Both the position numbers and the translations under genes were made by a program. A model generated the notes under the pieces. The model saw nothing but the letters and a program-made list of their open reading frames with translations. It did not search any database and was not told where the DNA came from. A stretch of DNA of 63,825 nucleotides, counting the filler, from Choristocarpus tenellus KU-1152 (Eukaryota; Protista; Phaeophyceae), in NCBI GenBank assembly GCA_964200185.2. It is 9 parts of 9 records of this genome, joined end to end, with 100 filler letters (N's around TTAATTAATTAA, not from the genome) between each part and the next. Parts side by side here need not be neighbours in the genome. Positions count along the whole stretch, not along the records: positions 1 to 10,297 come from CAXNAD020003008.1; positions 10,398 to 18,371 come from CAXNAD020005322.1; 7 more parts are not named here. One strand, written 5' to 3'. Positions 1 to 13,642 of this stretch are shown in pieces. Numbering within the stretch: the stretch's first letter is position 1; the number at the start of each line of letters is the position of its first letter.

Positions 1-616
1 GCCGAAACATTTCCAAAAAAAGGACGTATCCCGGGCCCTTCCAAGTGCAATAACAGTTGTAAAAAAAAACTTTTGGTACTTTTTCAAAACCGTTTTCGCA
101 GAACAACCATCCTCATAGCCCCGCTCCATCCTCAATTTTTAAAATCCACTGTTATATCAAGCACACAAACACTTACTTTCGGTTCCCAGTTAGTAGCTCG
201 AATTTGTATTAATACCTTTCTCACACCATCATTGCGACCAAATGGCACACACTCTGTATCACACCCGGTTCTACTACACAAACATATATCAACTAAAATT
301 GTTCCAACAAAGAAAATTCACAGGAACACAAGAGATCAAAGCCACAGTTCAACCTGAAGTCAAAAAGGTGGCCTGGACTACAATGCAGTACAGAATAGAA
401 ATACCTTCAAATGGGTTGGCATATCCAGCTCATCACCTAGTACTTGAACCACATACTCGAAACCCCTAGTAGCCCTCAAGGCATGATACATATACTATAT
501 AGTACATCTAAATACTTGACCCAACTCCTTAAAGGGGGCACCTGAAAATTGCAACACTATACAGTATTCCATGAAAATCAAGCTTGTGAAAGCTAAACTA
601 CTCATAGAAATTAGGA

Positions 617-3600
617 TTAGGGTAAGGCCAGCCAAACAAATGCGACCAAAGGTAGGACTACCAGGATCCCAATTGCAACATCTAATCGCAGCAGGGAGGC
701 AACGTTAATGAAAGACACACGCCCTGCACCCCGGGATGCTGCACTAAGTTTGTTATTGCCTGTTGACAATGAAGATGGTACCAAAACTCTGCTCCCATCA
801 GTCGTGTCTGACAATGCACGGGCCAGAACAAATGCCATCCTGGTGAGAGATATTTGTTGTTGGGGGAAGAGTGGCTGGTTAATAAGTGTGGTCAAAATAA
901 AGTGTTCCGTGTTTAATCAAGGTGCCTCTGGAGGGGTTGAACGGATCTCGACTTGTAACATGAATGGAATGAATACTCAAAAGCAATATATCCGAGAGCG
1001 AGGCCAATATGCAGGTAAGGACATGAGGTGATCTATCTACCCTGCCACACACCTGCTCCTCTCCCAGAATCAAGATTCGGGGTAGAGTAAGGAAGTGTGT
1101 CACGAAACACCCATAAACTGGTGTTGATGGGTGCAAGGCATCAAGACAATACACCAAACCACAACTATATAGGAGGCAGGTACCTGCAGAGGCATCATCA
1201 GGTCATGTTGGTAACGTACTTGCTTTACTGCAACTTCTCAGTCCCTCCCTCTTTTCTTTAACATTGAGTAAAGGAATGAGCCACAAATGCGACCTGTTGC
1301 AGAAGACGACTTTTACACCAACTGGAACACAACCCCAAAAGCAGGCAAGATGACCCTGCAGTTGTGCACAGCAGACAAGATAACACACACACATATATAT
1401 CCAATGCATTGTTCAGTGGGGAAACAAGAGAGAAGCGAACCTATCCCACTCAGAGTCCGGGATGTTGTTGAGCAGAGGGAGATAAACAAGGGAGTCCATC
1501 ATCTTGCAGCATCGAGTAAGAACAGGTGATGACTCTCCTCCTTCGACTTCAGAGGTCCCGTTTGTGTGCTGTGATGAGGATAGCGATAGGCATCTGACAG
1601 AGGGTACACACCAAGCACAAGACTCTTGTCAGAACTGATTAATGAAAACGCGCGATTACAATGCTTGCATCTCAGATCAGTATCAAGTGTACTGGGCAGC
1701 TTGGCGTTCGATTGCACGGGTGCATTAATCCACACTACCAAAAGTACAAAAAACAACCTAAGAAGTATTTTAACGCACTCTCTGACCCTCTCTATACAAG
1801 TAGCCAACCGCATCTCCTTATTTTTCGTGTTACACACCTCATACAAGAAACCAACAAGTACCCATGGAAAACTTGTTATCTTCAATTCCACCAGCCCCTG
1901 CAGACCACAACCCAAAAGGCAAAAAAACTGCAACAGCCTGTTGATTCGCCATACCTGAGTCCAACCAAGCACCTCCATCACTACTCGGTGCAGGTGGCAA
2001 AGCACCCCTCCCCGCCCTCAACACACCTGTCTATCGGAACCAATGAGGTTGGTGCCCTTGTGGCATCAAACCCCTCATGTAACAAAGCCTCCACTACCCT
2101 GTCCACATTAGAGCCTCCCTTGGGAATAACCACAGGGTATAACCACAGTGTGTGTCGATGAGCTTTGGTGCCAGGGAGCAGAGCTCCAACTCCACCTGGA
2201 ACACCCTTAGCACCAGCACCAGCACCAGCCTCCAGGAAGTTTGGGTGCAGTGCTCGTCCAAGCATGATCAGCATGCGATTGCATAGTCGCAAGCGGACCT
2301 CAACTCCGTCTGATGTATACATTGATATCCTCCGCGCCAGCATCTACTCCACACACATGTGTACACGAGGTGATAGCTTGGGTGAGGATAGGAGGTCAAG
2401 TGGAGAGGTTTTTCGACACTAGGATGTAAGTGGTGGTGGTGGTGGTGGAGGGGGGGGGTACAATAGGAACAACCTAGAAATATGTAGGCATGGAGAGGGG
2501 CCGAGGCAATGGATAAGGAAATAACAGCAAGTAGTTTCACGCATGACACTGCATGAACAAAATGGACCCTCCAGTCTTCCAATCAAGTGTGGAGTGCTAC
2601 AGAGCATGTTGTTAGTGGACCAACCTCATTTTGTGCATCTCCCCATCCTCTGACGTTTGATGAAATATATTCTTGATCGAGGAAAACGAATCAGTGAGCA
2701 ATATCGTTCACTTAGGTCCATCAAGGTAATCACGGGCAACGAACCCACGGGGGTTAGATTCCCACCTCACCTGAAGCAGGGGCAAGGACGACCGATGCCG
2801 GATAGCCTCCAGCATACCCTTCTTGGGAAAACCATGACTAAGCTTCATGACCACCTTGGAGAGGCATTTTCAGGGAAACAGTACCAGCGGTTGAGTGAAG
2901 TGATAACAGTATAACACGCCTTCTGTATCCATCCTCTTGTTCCAGATAGGGCAACACTTGGACTTCACACAAGCAGAGGGAAGCCAAGGCAGGCTTCGAC
3001 ATCCTCTTTCACCCGTGCTCACAGGGTTATCAGGAGTGGGGTTGAGTACAAAAAGTCAACAGTATACAAATTCCCTGCCTGCAGGTATGCTTGGTGAGAA
3101 GCGCATTGGAAAAAGCTCGATGATAAGTTGTGCAGGCATGGCATACCAACAAATACTGCGGTCAATGACTAGTGGCTCAAAGTATCTGGGTGTGGGGGGG
3201 TTCTACACCAGGGTGTCCATTTAGGCCCTGACCAGGAAAGGTGCATGTACACTATCCATTCAACACATGCAACCAAATCACCCCAAAATCGCAACATGGA
3301 AAAATGGGCCCTGAATGGACAACCACCACCCCCCCTCAGATACTTCGAGCCTAGTGCTGCAAAAAGAAGCAGAAGTGAGAGCTCGCATTGTCACTTCCTC
3401 TAAACACGAAGTAGCAATTTTTACACAACTTGCAGGGAAATAGTATCAAAAGCAGAGCATCTGAGATAACATGAAGCACTACACTAGGTCCGAGGTTCTG
3501 GAACATGCCACTCAGTATCACATTTTTTTTTCCCCACAGAGATGGCATCTCAGATCCCATGCATTTTAACCTTTATCCCCCCCCCCTCACCCAAAACAAC

Positions 3601-6600
3601 TCCACAAGATTAAAACAACCAAAAAGAGAGGATCAAAAGAAACGTAGTGCATTCCAACTACGGCTACAACAATAATGGAATAGAACTCCACAACAAAGGT
3701 ACTGGCTCTAAACGTAAGGGCGCAGAAAAGACAACTCACACTCTGTTGCCATGGCTTACCTGTGTACACAAAAGTCGAAAAACAATTGTCACCAATAACA
3801 TGTATTTAGCAGAGTGAGAAACACGCAGCCAACGCCCATTGTTAAACCTGCATGGGGGACTATAATTTCAATTCCACTCCCTCCTGCACCCCACTTCTAT
3901 GGACACACCTTGTCATGGTCTACCCCAATCAGTCCCAGAGCATGGACAAGTATGCCAAACACCAGTGGCGTCGTGCAGGTTAGCAGGAGGGTGCATTTTG
4001 CTACCCTTCGCAGGTACGCCAAGGAAGATTGTACAGGGTATGTAGCCTCAAGCGCACACATGGCTATTGAGCAGGCCATGCAGTGTGAATATGCAATTGG
4101 GAAGGGGTTGTAAGAAAAGCACATTCAGGGGGACTTCAACTTCAACGAGGATTTCCATTCATTCCCCAATCCAACACCTAGAGTTAATCATATCAATTCA
4201 ATCACCAAGAGGGTGCTACCCAGGGCCACACTCACCAATGTCCAACATGTCCCTACTACCAAAGACAGCAAAGTGCTAGCGCATCAACCGAGAATGGTGT
4301 AAAACTAGTAGTGACAAAATATTGTCACGACTTAACCCTCACCTCCCTGTTCCACTAGTGTTGCACCCGTACCACACTCCACTATCTCACCATTGCCAAA
4401 GAGCTCAATGGGCTGTGAATACCTTCTGCTGGCATCAAAAAGTGACTCTTGAGGAAAGGGCAACGTTTGCCATTGTGCCTGACCACTTACAGGCACCAAA
4501 ACACCCGTGCAACACACCCCTTACAGAAATAAACAGAAATACAACGTATCATATAACCTATCCTCTTCAGATCCTGCTGTACCTTTGAGCACCGAAGGAT
4601 CTCTGGTCCTCACCACCCCGCCCCCAAGGGCCGTGGCCCGTTTGATCACTCCAAAGCTGAAAAAAGCAATGTCACTGCTGGGGTGCCCCAGATACCCATG
4701 GAGCCCGGTGAACACCTGGGCACAGTCTTCCCACACCAGTAGGCCATGGCGGGCAGCCACTTCAGCCACAGGTTCCATGTCCACCTTTTCAGTGCCCCGT
4801 GCACAATGATTGAAGTGGGTATGGATTGGTAAAGAAATGGGTGGGAGATTTCTGTCTAAAAAATAATCTCTATCTAGGGTGAGGGGGGGTAAGTTTGGAC
4901 AAAACATAATATAGGTCCCATTGAACAAGTAAAGGTACTTCTGTTAAATAATGTGGACAATGGAAGCTGTAAGAGTATGCACATCAACCCTGACAGTGCA
5001 ATTTAAACAGCGCTTAGTCTCCCACTGCATTAAACCCTGCAATAAGCAATAGCATAATGGGAACCGAACTTGGGTTTCCCCTACAATACACCCTACATAA
5101 GCAATACCTACTCAATAAACATGAACAATCAGTAAATTCAAGAGGCGCCAACCAAAGGAAGACATTATCGGCAGTTGATCCCTGCAAAGGTTTTTCTGCT
5201 CAAAATGAATATCCCTAGAGGTATAAACTACAAGCACACGACATGAGAACATGGGGCAATCAGTGCAATACCGTACCTGAGCACCAAACACATGTGCAAT
5301 GTATATGGCTCGAACTGGTCTGCATTCATTGCAGCTAATCTTGCCATTTTCTCCATCACCAAGACCACCCGAGACATTTTTCAAACGTATAATTTCTGCT
5401 TCAATGGCGCCTGGCATGGGTGCCAGTGTATCAGGGTCCATGTCTACCGGTGCAGGCAGCAGCCCGTGTTCCTGCATTATGTACACCATATCTGGGATGG
5501 TCAATGCAGAGCACACCACACGACTTCCCGGCGGAAGCGCCAGTGCCTTTAGGTAAAGATCAAAGGAAGTTCGTACAGATAGAAAGGGTGCAATGGCAGC
5601 ATCACACTCTCTCCGTTCTATACTAAGGGCAACAGGAAGGGCATCATTACTTCCACCTCGAGATGAAGGCATCACGAACGCGTTCCTGAGGAAACAGGTA
5701 TCAACAGTATCAGTGGGATTGATAGGGTGTAATGATGTAAGGCACGGGTATGAAAAGGCAATTCAAGGGGGCAGGGGAGCTAGAGAGAGCGAAAGACACT
5801 ACAACAAAAATACATATTCCAAGTATGAGACATGAAATATGAAGCATCTTCACTACCTGCATAGGTTCTGCCCCCTGTACCTAATATTGGTAAGATATAT
5901 GACCCAGGATATGTTTATATGGAGTTACCCAGTTCAGCACGTCCACTATGCTATCTTTCACGTGTCATCCAATATCTTGTCCCCGTCCGACGCAGCACCC
6001 CTTACCATCAACATTTTCTGGGGTACCATTTGCATCATCAGTATTGAATATCTTAGCAGGGGGGGCGAGTCCCTAGCATCCACACTTTGAGCAAGACGCA
6101 ACACACACATATTTGTATACAGATAAACTCAACCTCGTCAGGGTGAATTAGAAAATACCCGACCCAGGTAACGTGAAATCAACACAAAATCGAGGACCTG
6201 TTGAGTCAATAATAGCTAACTTTGGTTGAAACACAGCATTTTCACAGTGCCGTTGCCCCACGCACTCCGCACCCGAGCTACCCAGTTAAGGTTATCGAAG
6301 TGGTCTATTGTAGCAAATATGTAGATCAAAAGCTAAATATGAGGTACCGACAGGGTTGACCTCAATGATGCCAGCTCAGTTAGACAAACCTTCCGGTCAA
6401 GGCACTTTTCCACGCTTCATCCAAGACCGTCATGGCCTCATCTCGTGCGTTGTCAGTGCCTCGATCTAAAAAGAGAGAGGTCAAGCTTAGTCGCGCAGCC
6501 CTCGCCAATTCCAAGAAGTTTATGTCAAGTCGCTTTCTTGCAATGATACTCAGTTGTAGCAAGCAGGATGCACGCTCCACAGAAAGCAAAACCTGGATAA

Positions 6601-6715
6601 GAGGCGCAATCCAGTCGAGACCACACCAAAGTCTACTTTCATGGGTATCGATTGCAAGATCAGTAACCAGGGAATCAGGATCCGAAACCTTTTCCGATCC
6701 TCGTTTCCTTCCCAT
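617..6715 (-). CDS. DegT/DnrJ/EryC1/StrS-family PLP-dependent aminotransferase-like protein, 8 exons, ~622 aa, C-terminal hydrophobic segment
   Basis: Exons 6715-6390, 5685-5277, 4784-4583, 4063-3909, 2854-2771, 2343-2027, 1593-1441, 839-617. All introns are GT-AG and phase-matched (1869 nt total). Family motifs: FLSVRTSFDLYLKALALPPGSRVVCSALTIPDM, PVDMDPDTL, IAHVFG, VWEDCAQ, FFSFGVIK (PLP Lys), ATALGGG, HTLWLYPV, LVYLPL. Ends VAIGILVVLPLVAFVWLALP*. Confidence 0.88.
3174..3351. mobile_element. MITE family B (~180 bp), intronic copy
   Basis: Termini GGCTCAAAGTATCTG...CAGATACTTCGAGCC; perfect 4-bp TSD TAGT/TAGT; homologous to copies at 44007, 48662, 57512 and 59947. Confidence 0.85.
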
Positions 6716-7027
6716 CCTCCTGTCTTCCTGTTAAGTGATCTTCTACAATGTGTACTACAACGGTATACGAAAAGAACAGTTACCAATGTCAGTGCCATAT
6801 TCTATTGGATAACAGCTATATCGGTATATAATTGGAGTTGAGGATGTGAGGGAATAATAATAATAATATAATGTTGATGAGAGGGAAAATATACCATACT
6901 TCCAAGTACATACGGATACAATGGATTTTGATTTCAGAGCAACAAAAAGGGGTGAGGACTTGATTGTTCTTCACCTTTCACTAGAATTGCTGTGGTTATC
7001 GGTTTCGGCCTCGAGTCCCAGACCCCG

Positions 7028-8110
7028 ATGACTTCGGATAGCGTAACACTTCGTCGAACGGACAATATGGAGGATGATGTTCAATCGTCTAAACACGAGC
7101 TCAAGGAGCGTGCTGAGGAGAAAATCGAAGAAGGGAGCCATATTGCCTCCTTCACTACAAGGAGGATTGCAGATACGTTGTTGATGGGAAATGGGAACGC
7201 TAGTAGCTCCACCGCGTGTTCTTCAGGAATGACCAACCAAAGAGAGCGCGAAGAATTGTTGGCCGAGGCAAAGCTTTCGGAAGATGGGGGAGTCTTGGAG
7301 TCGCCAACCCTTGCGCGACAGACAAGCTTGATTTCAGCAGAGAGGACCGATGCCGAAGTTTTTGACGCCAAGACCACTGTTAGAGGAGGTAGGAGATGCT
7401 GTGGCTGGTGATAGATTTGATTGTCCTCTAGGTTTAGCTGTTCGCCCCCCAGCGGCCGCTAGAGGCCCAACTGGAAATGGGCGAACAACTGGAGGAATGA
7501 GACTTTTTTTGTAGTTGATTTGTTTTAACCTATTGTACCTTACCAGGGGGGAAATGGAAGTTACTGTGACTGGAGATAGATTTGATAGGAATCTGAGTTT
7601 GACTTTTGGTCCTCTCAGCTGCCGCTAGATGTCAGACTGGAAAGGGCCGGATGGTCATAGGAAACATGGCCCCCCGTTTCTGTAGTGAGAGGGTATAATT
7701 AAGCCGAGTAGAATGTGACTAGTTGTTTTTTCAGCGTCTTATATGTCATGTGCTGTATGTATGGGTGTCTGTAACTTTGATTCTGTGGTCCGTACCTTTA
7801 CTGGGTGTCTCGGGCTTTATCGATTGGTAACTGAAACAGAGAGTTTTACGAGTTTTTTTCATTTTGAAAGACTTCGAACTCCCTGACGATTCTAGGGAAA
7901 TGAAATTCAATTTTGTGCAATGATTTTATACTAAGATATTTGCCACGGCTGGCAACCGCAAGCCGAGGCGCTCCCCTGTATGTCACTTGTACAGTAATTG
8001 TAATGATAGGTATAAACCACAGATATGAATGGTGTCCCACAGTCGTTCTCACTTTTGTGAATGTGCACAACTATTTCAAATCCACTTCAGAGTTCTTTGT
8101 GGATGTCCTG
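7028..8110 (+). CDS. 5' exons of an uncharacterised protein divergent from the aminotransferase (3' part not resolved)
   Basis: ATG at 7028; exon 7028-7388 ends G|gtagga (phase 1); exon 8043-~8110 follows cccacag and continues in frame as ...KTTVRG-VVLTFVNVHNYFKSTSEFFVDVL. The N-terminus is acidic and low-complexity. Confidence 0.55.
7398..7720. repeat. Diverged ~165-bp tandem duplication in an intron
   Basis: gctgtggctggtgatagatttga...gccgctagaggcccaactggaaatggg (~7398-7480) recurs as actgtgactggagatagatttga...gccgctagatgtcagactggaaaggg (~7563-7646). Confidence 0.5.
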
Positions 8111-10297
8111 GTGTGAGTTGACTACAGTGGAGGTGTGGTTTGAGATGGAAGGAGAGGGATAAATTCCCTTATCCATACGCCGACATATCTGCAACCGATT
8201 AGTCCTGACACTGTTGTGCCAAAGTCTGCAACACATGCATAGATACCCATGACCATGTTCCCTCTGCACATGTTTCCCTCAAGCATACCATAGTAGATGA
8301 GAGTTGTATCATATTCTATCGCACATACCTTTCTGTTGTGTCTTACATATGATTAGGAGAATGCACTGCACAACCAGAATGTGCATGGTCTGTATGTTGA
8401 TGTGTAGCCCAAATTGAGCTGGTCTACCTCATCGGTGTTACACAATACTGTTTACCGCCATTCAATATCTCAAATCTCTGGGGTTAGATTGATGTGGTAA
8501 CGTGTTGTTCATTATGTTTTGACTTGGGATGAGTCTCACCCCACAAAGCAAAGGACCACTCAGACACAGAAGATAGATGTTTTCTTTGCCACAATAGCCA
8601 CTCCCAGAGCAAAACTTTGATGTACTGTGTTTAAATCAGAGGTCCCTACAAGTGCCTGTCTTGCCCACCACCCTTTATGTCTAACTCACTCCAAGTGTCA
8701 GTACAAGGCGCTCAGAAATATGGTCCGGTTTTGGTTCCCTCAGAAAGGGCAGTGAAAACAGAGGTGGATTAGACTAACATATTGACTTAATTTAAGGCAG
8801 ACTTGTGTCCACTAAGTACATCTCCTGCCTTTCCTCTTTCAACTGAGTACTCATGTACTAGGGTATCGTGGAGAGGAATTTCGACAGCTCAAAACTGTAG
8901 TTATGGTATTCGTGGTGAAACTGTTTTTTTATTCTGGTACTCCCTCTGCGTTTTATTAGGTAGGAGAACATTGCAGGACTAATCTGTGTAACATGGTGTG
9001 CATGTGGAAAACACAGCACCTCACCATAGGGCAATCCCTCTCAAGATACTGCTTCGAAGTATTAAGCTGTTTGCTATGTTCAGATCCTCACTCATCACTG
9101 GTTGGTGCTCCACACAGCAACTGAGTATGGCAAAACCTATTTGCTGATATCATGTGCAACGGATACAACCATTTATGTTTCATAGTCAATATTGATAACA
9201 GTACTACTACATCATTGTTCAACACATACTCCCTTGAGCCATTACATTCTGTTTACTATTTTTGAGCGGAACTGTTTCCTTGCTGCAGCAATGATTTCGA
9301 GTTGACATGTTGAAACTATGACTGGCATGGTTTGCTAGAGGGAAAGATGGTGATTTTTTGCAACGTATTCTGTTCTGGTGCAAACCACTGCTATCAACTG
9401 TTTTGAAGAGAACTTTGATCAACCTTTTAACTGTTTTACCATACTACACTTGGACTTGTCAGGTTCATGTGACCTATGTGTGCCTTGCACCCAGTTTCTG
9501 AATTCCTGCTGAGCAGGCAATGCATCCTTCCGCATCATGGATGGCACTTGCCCAAATTGTATTCTTCATTGTGACCTTGCTATCGAGGAAGTCATGGAAT
9601 GATTGGCAATGAACTTAAACTTACACTATCTATTCTTCGAGGAGGGCAAGACAAGAAGACCTAATTTGCCCCTAAAATGCTCTATTTTGAAGTAGCACTG
9701 GTTGTGACCCTGGCCTTCAAGTAGAGAATCTACGGGTTATTTGCAGTTATCGCTAAACCAAATGCGCTCTTCACATTTCACACAAAATACCCGACAGTGT
9801 CCTTTGACTCTCACAGCATGCCCCAATTATCCCACCCCTCGTAGTCACCTACATTCCATCATCTATCCACGGTCCATTCCAGTTTCCAGCTAAGAAAAAA
9901 AATCTCACTATTATTAGAACCTAATTTGAGGAATCAGCCTCATTGATTTTCTCAATATTGGCCCACAATCTCTGCCCTTGGTTACTTGAGTATTTCCAGG
10001 TTGCAATAAGGATTCTGCTTAGTTGAACGCTAACAATTTCCTGGGTTGGGATGAAAGAATAATAATATTTACAATTACAAAAATAATAATATAGTAACAA
10101 TGATGTACTTACAGTACCTACACCGATTTTATACCAAATATTATGTACCAAATCCATTTTGTACCTATTTTTTCGACATACTAAAAAAAATAGGATTTTG
10201 TACCGGAATTCTCGTATTCGGGCGACTTGATACAAAATCGGGGAGATATTCACGCGAGTTTGGCGCGCGCGTAAACTTTTCTCGCGAAAAGTGCCTT

Positions 10298-10397
10298 NNN
10301 NNNNNNNNNNNNNNNNNNNNNNNNNNNNNNNNNNNNNNNNNTTAATTAATTAANNNNNNNNNNNNNNNNNNNNNNNNNNNNNNNNNNNNNNNNNNNN
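10298..10397. other. Artificial contig linker (N44-TTAATTAATTAA-N44)
   Basis: Identical 100-nt spacer with six-frame stops; occurs 8 times. Confidence 0.98.
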
Positions 10398-12559
10398 CAG
10401 CTGGGAGAAGCGCGTGATGGGTCTGCGTACCAAGGACGCCGCTACCGTGGCCACCGCCGCATACATCAACGAAATGGCTCGAGAAGGGGTGGCAGTGAGG
10501 TGCATCAGTGGGGATGGCGCTGGCGAATTCGGGAGGAGCGTAAGGTTCCAACGCATGCTGACAGAGTGGGGCGTGAAATGGCGTAAAACCCCACCACGCA
10601 CGCCCCAGAGCAACGGGTTTGCTGAGCGGGCAATTAAACAGGTGATGCAAGTGGCGCGCAGCCAGCTGATCCAGGCTGGACTTGGGGAGGAGTTCTGGTT
10701 CTTCGCGGTGGCAGACGTCATATACATCATGCGAGGCATGCCACACGAGTACCTGGGCGGTGAGACATCATGTGAGGGCCTGACGAGCAAGCCATTCAAC
10801 CACCAGCGGCTCCGTGTGTTCGGGACGGAGTGTTGGTGCATCAGACCTAGCAACAGTGCGGCGCGATCGCCAAGTTCGAGGAAACGGACATGAACCACTT
10901 CATGTCAACCCTCATACAGGAGAATAACAACAACATGTACTGCCTAATGGGTCTCATGGGGGAGGTGGCAACAGGTGCAGACGAGCAGTCTGCTACCAAG
11001 GAGGCCTTGAGTGGGCCGGAGGCCATGGTGAAGGAAATGACAGGGTTACAGCAGAAGGGGACTTTTGGTGACAAGGCCCTGCCCCAAGGGAGGAAGGTGA
11101 TCAAGACGCGATTCAATTTCAAAATCAAGCGCTCGGTAGACGGGACGGTGGAACACTGTAAGGCACGACTCGTGGCCCGCGGGTTTACACAAAACGTAGG
11201 TGTGGACTTCTTCGAAACCTTCAGCCCGATGGTTGGGTACGACACACTACGGTGCGTCATATTAGTCGCAGCGTACAGAGGTTGAAGCATCAATGCCCTG
11301 GACTTCACACAGGCCTACCTCAACGCAGACCTGCAGGACGTCAGGCTGGAGCTTCCTGATGGCCGCATCCTCAAGGCAGAGAAGGCAATCTATGGGCTGA
11401 AGCAGTCAGCCATGGAATGGTATCATGAACTATGCGGCACCATTCTGTCAGAAGGGTTGACGAGCAGCCAACACTACTACGAGTGCCTCTACTTCAGGAA
11501 GAGTGAAGACGAACGCATCACCATCCTCACCACCTACGTTGACGACACTGCCTCCACTGGGGAATTCACAGAGGATATCCAGAGGATGAGGGCATCACTG
11601 CTGGAGAAGTACGAGGGGCGGGACCTTGGCACACCAGACCAGCTGATTGGGGTGGGCATCACTGTGGGTGCGGACGGCATCAACCTGGACCAACAGCTAT
11701 ACGCAGAAAGCATTGTCATGGAGGGGATGCGCTCCACGGAAGTGCGAGACACATCCATCGACACAACTCGACCCCACCATGGACCTCTCTGCCAGGCACG
11801 ACAACGAGGAGGAACTGAATCCCACCATCTACCCCTATGCCAGCATCCCCGGCCAACTCATGTTTCTAGCAGGCATGACTCGCCCGGACCTGGCCAACAG
11901 CGTTCGTGAACTGGGGCTCAGGGCGGCGTCTCGATGCATGCGGCATTGGCACAGACTGCAACACGTTCTGCACTACGTAGCAGGCTCACTGGACGTGTGC
12001 ATTCACTATGGTCGGGGGAGTAAAGATATGAATGAAGGGGGCGGAGAGCTCCTGGTGGGGTATGGGGATTCCGAGTGGGCACCGACTCCCAAACATGCAG
12101 GAGCGTCACAGGTTACCACCTACTATTGTTCAACGGATCGCCAATCGCCTGGCGATCCAAGCTTTAAGGCACTGTCACCCTCTTCAGCTCGGAGGCAGAG
12201 TGGACGGCAATGGCATACGGCATGCACCACTGCATTTTCCTTGGAGGCATTCTGGGGGAGATCGGCGTACTACAGGACCAGACTCCCTGGTTTTGTGACA
12301 AATGTGGTGCTTGCTATCCAGGCGGGCAGCATCACAGGTTTCAACGGGAGAACGAAGCACGTGGACATGAAGCTGAAGTGCACCCGAGAATACATGGAAC
12401 AGGGTCTGTTCCCTGTAGAATACATTCCAACATCAAAACAACTGGCCGACATTTTGACCAAGTCTTTGCGCAAGAGTCTTACTTCTAATTAGTGTATTCC
12501 GTGCTTTCGCGTCAGGGGTGAGCTTTTGTCAGCAACTTTGCTGCCCGCTTATGGGGGAG
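10398..12559 (+). mobile_element. Decayed Ty1/copia LTR retrotransposon, internal pol region (integrase-RT-RNase H), 5'-truncated by the contig edge
   Basis: Integrase ISGDGAGEF...TPPRTPQSNGFAER and LRVFG; RT KARLVARGFTQ..GVDFFETFSP, ALDFTQAYLNA, KAIYGLKQS, TYVDD; RNase H GYGDSEW, RTKHVD, QLADILTK. Copia domain order, with stops and frameshifts. Purine tract ATGGGGGAG at 12551-12559. Confidence 0.92.
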
Positions 12560-12970
12560 TGTGCAATATATAGGCTGCTAGTCTATAGGTTCTTATCTGA
12601 TAGGTAACCAGAATTCTATAACAGAAATGTTGACTGAGTGGATTAATTGTCGATCACTTGTTTCTGTAGGCTTAGAGCAATAGGTTCGAATCTCGATAGG
12701 TTGATTTCTTATTGCTGCTTGTTGTAAATGGCTGACCCAGGATGACTGACGCAGCTACGACTGACGCAGCTACGACTGACGCAGAACGGTTGTTGCCAGT
12801 GACGCAGAACGAATGACGTCGTGCGACTGACACAGACACGTTCTGACGTGTCTGCTGACGTACGCAACAGATAACGAGGCAGAGCACCCCCAACCTCGAG
12901 GGATGATGCTTACTCCACTAATAAATTCATTCATACCAACCACACATAAAGCAAAAACTCTATTCGAACA
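12560..12970 (+). repeat. 3' LTR of the copia element
   Basis: Begins TGTG immediately after the polypurine tract and ends ...CTATTCGAACA; contains a 15-bp GACTGACGCAGCTAC tandem repeat; aligns with 13261-13642. Confidence 0.75.
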
Positions 12971-13260
12971 GCTTTTTTTGTACAGTAATGCTATATATCA
13001 GTAGATGGGACAAGAAGGTGTGAAGCCTCACACGACCCCCTTTGCTGAACATGAAAAGAATGGGAGGAATTAGAAGAATGACCTTTGTGGGATGTCTTCT
13101 CATTTCTTGTTTTATTATTATTTGTGCTAAGTCAACAATTATGTCAAAGTTGTTGAATGCAGAAAAATAATCGATACGTAATCCCATTCATAATCTGGAT
13201 GTACTTATCTCATTAGTTACATCTCATACACAAAATAAGGTACACCTCACTATTGTCCTA

Positions 13261-13642
13261 TGTGCACAACAATATAGGCTGGTAGTCTGTATGTGTTGCA
13301 TAAGGTATTTGATGGCGAAGAGCATGTAACAAAGCCTTACTTGAGTGGCTTATTAATTGTTGATCACTTGTCAATGCATGAGTGGAGCCATGGTTTCGAG
13401 TCTCTTCGTACTTGTTCGTTTGTTTTTAGTTTGGTACAAGTGACTGACGCAGCTACGACTGACGCAAAACGACTGACACAGTGCGACTGACGCAGTGCGA
13501 CTGACACAGACACGTTCTGACGTATCTGCTTACGTGCGCAGTAGGTAACGAGGCAGGGCACCCCCCTCCCCTCGAGCGATGGTGCTCACACTCTGCTAAT
13601 TAATTCATCCGTACCACATAAAGCAAAAGCTCTATTCGAACA
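13261..13642 (+). repeat. Second, diverged solo-like LTR of the same copia family
   Basis: TGTGCA...ATATAGGCTG start, shared GACTGACGCAGCTACGACTGACGC and GACACAGACACGTTCTGACG blocks, same ...CTATTCGAACA end; no internal domain follows. Confidence 0.75.

Noticed and set aside
8938-8965. TACTCCCTCTG as a Stowaway terminus
   Set aside because: No matching opposite TIR was found nearby.
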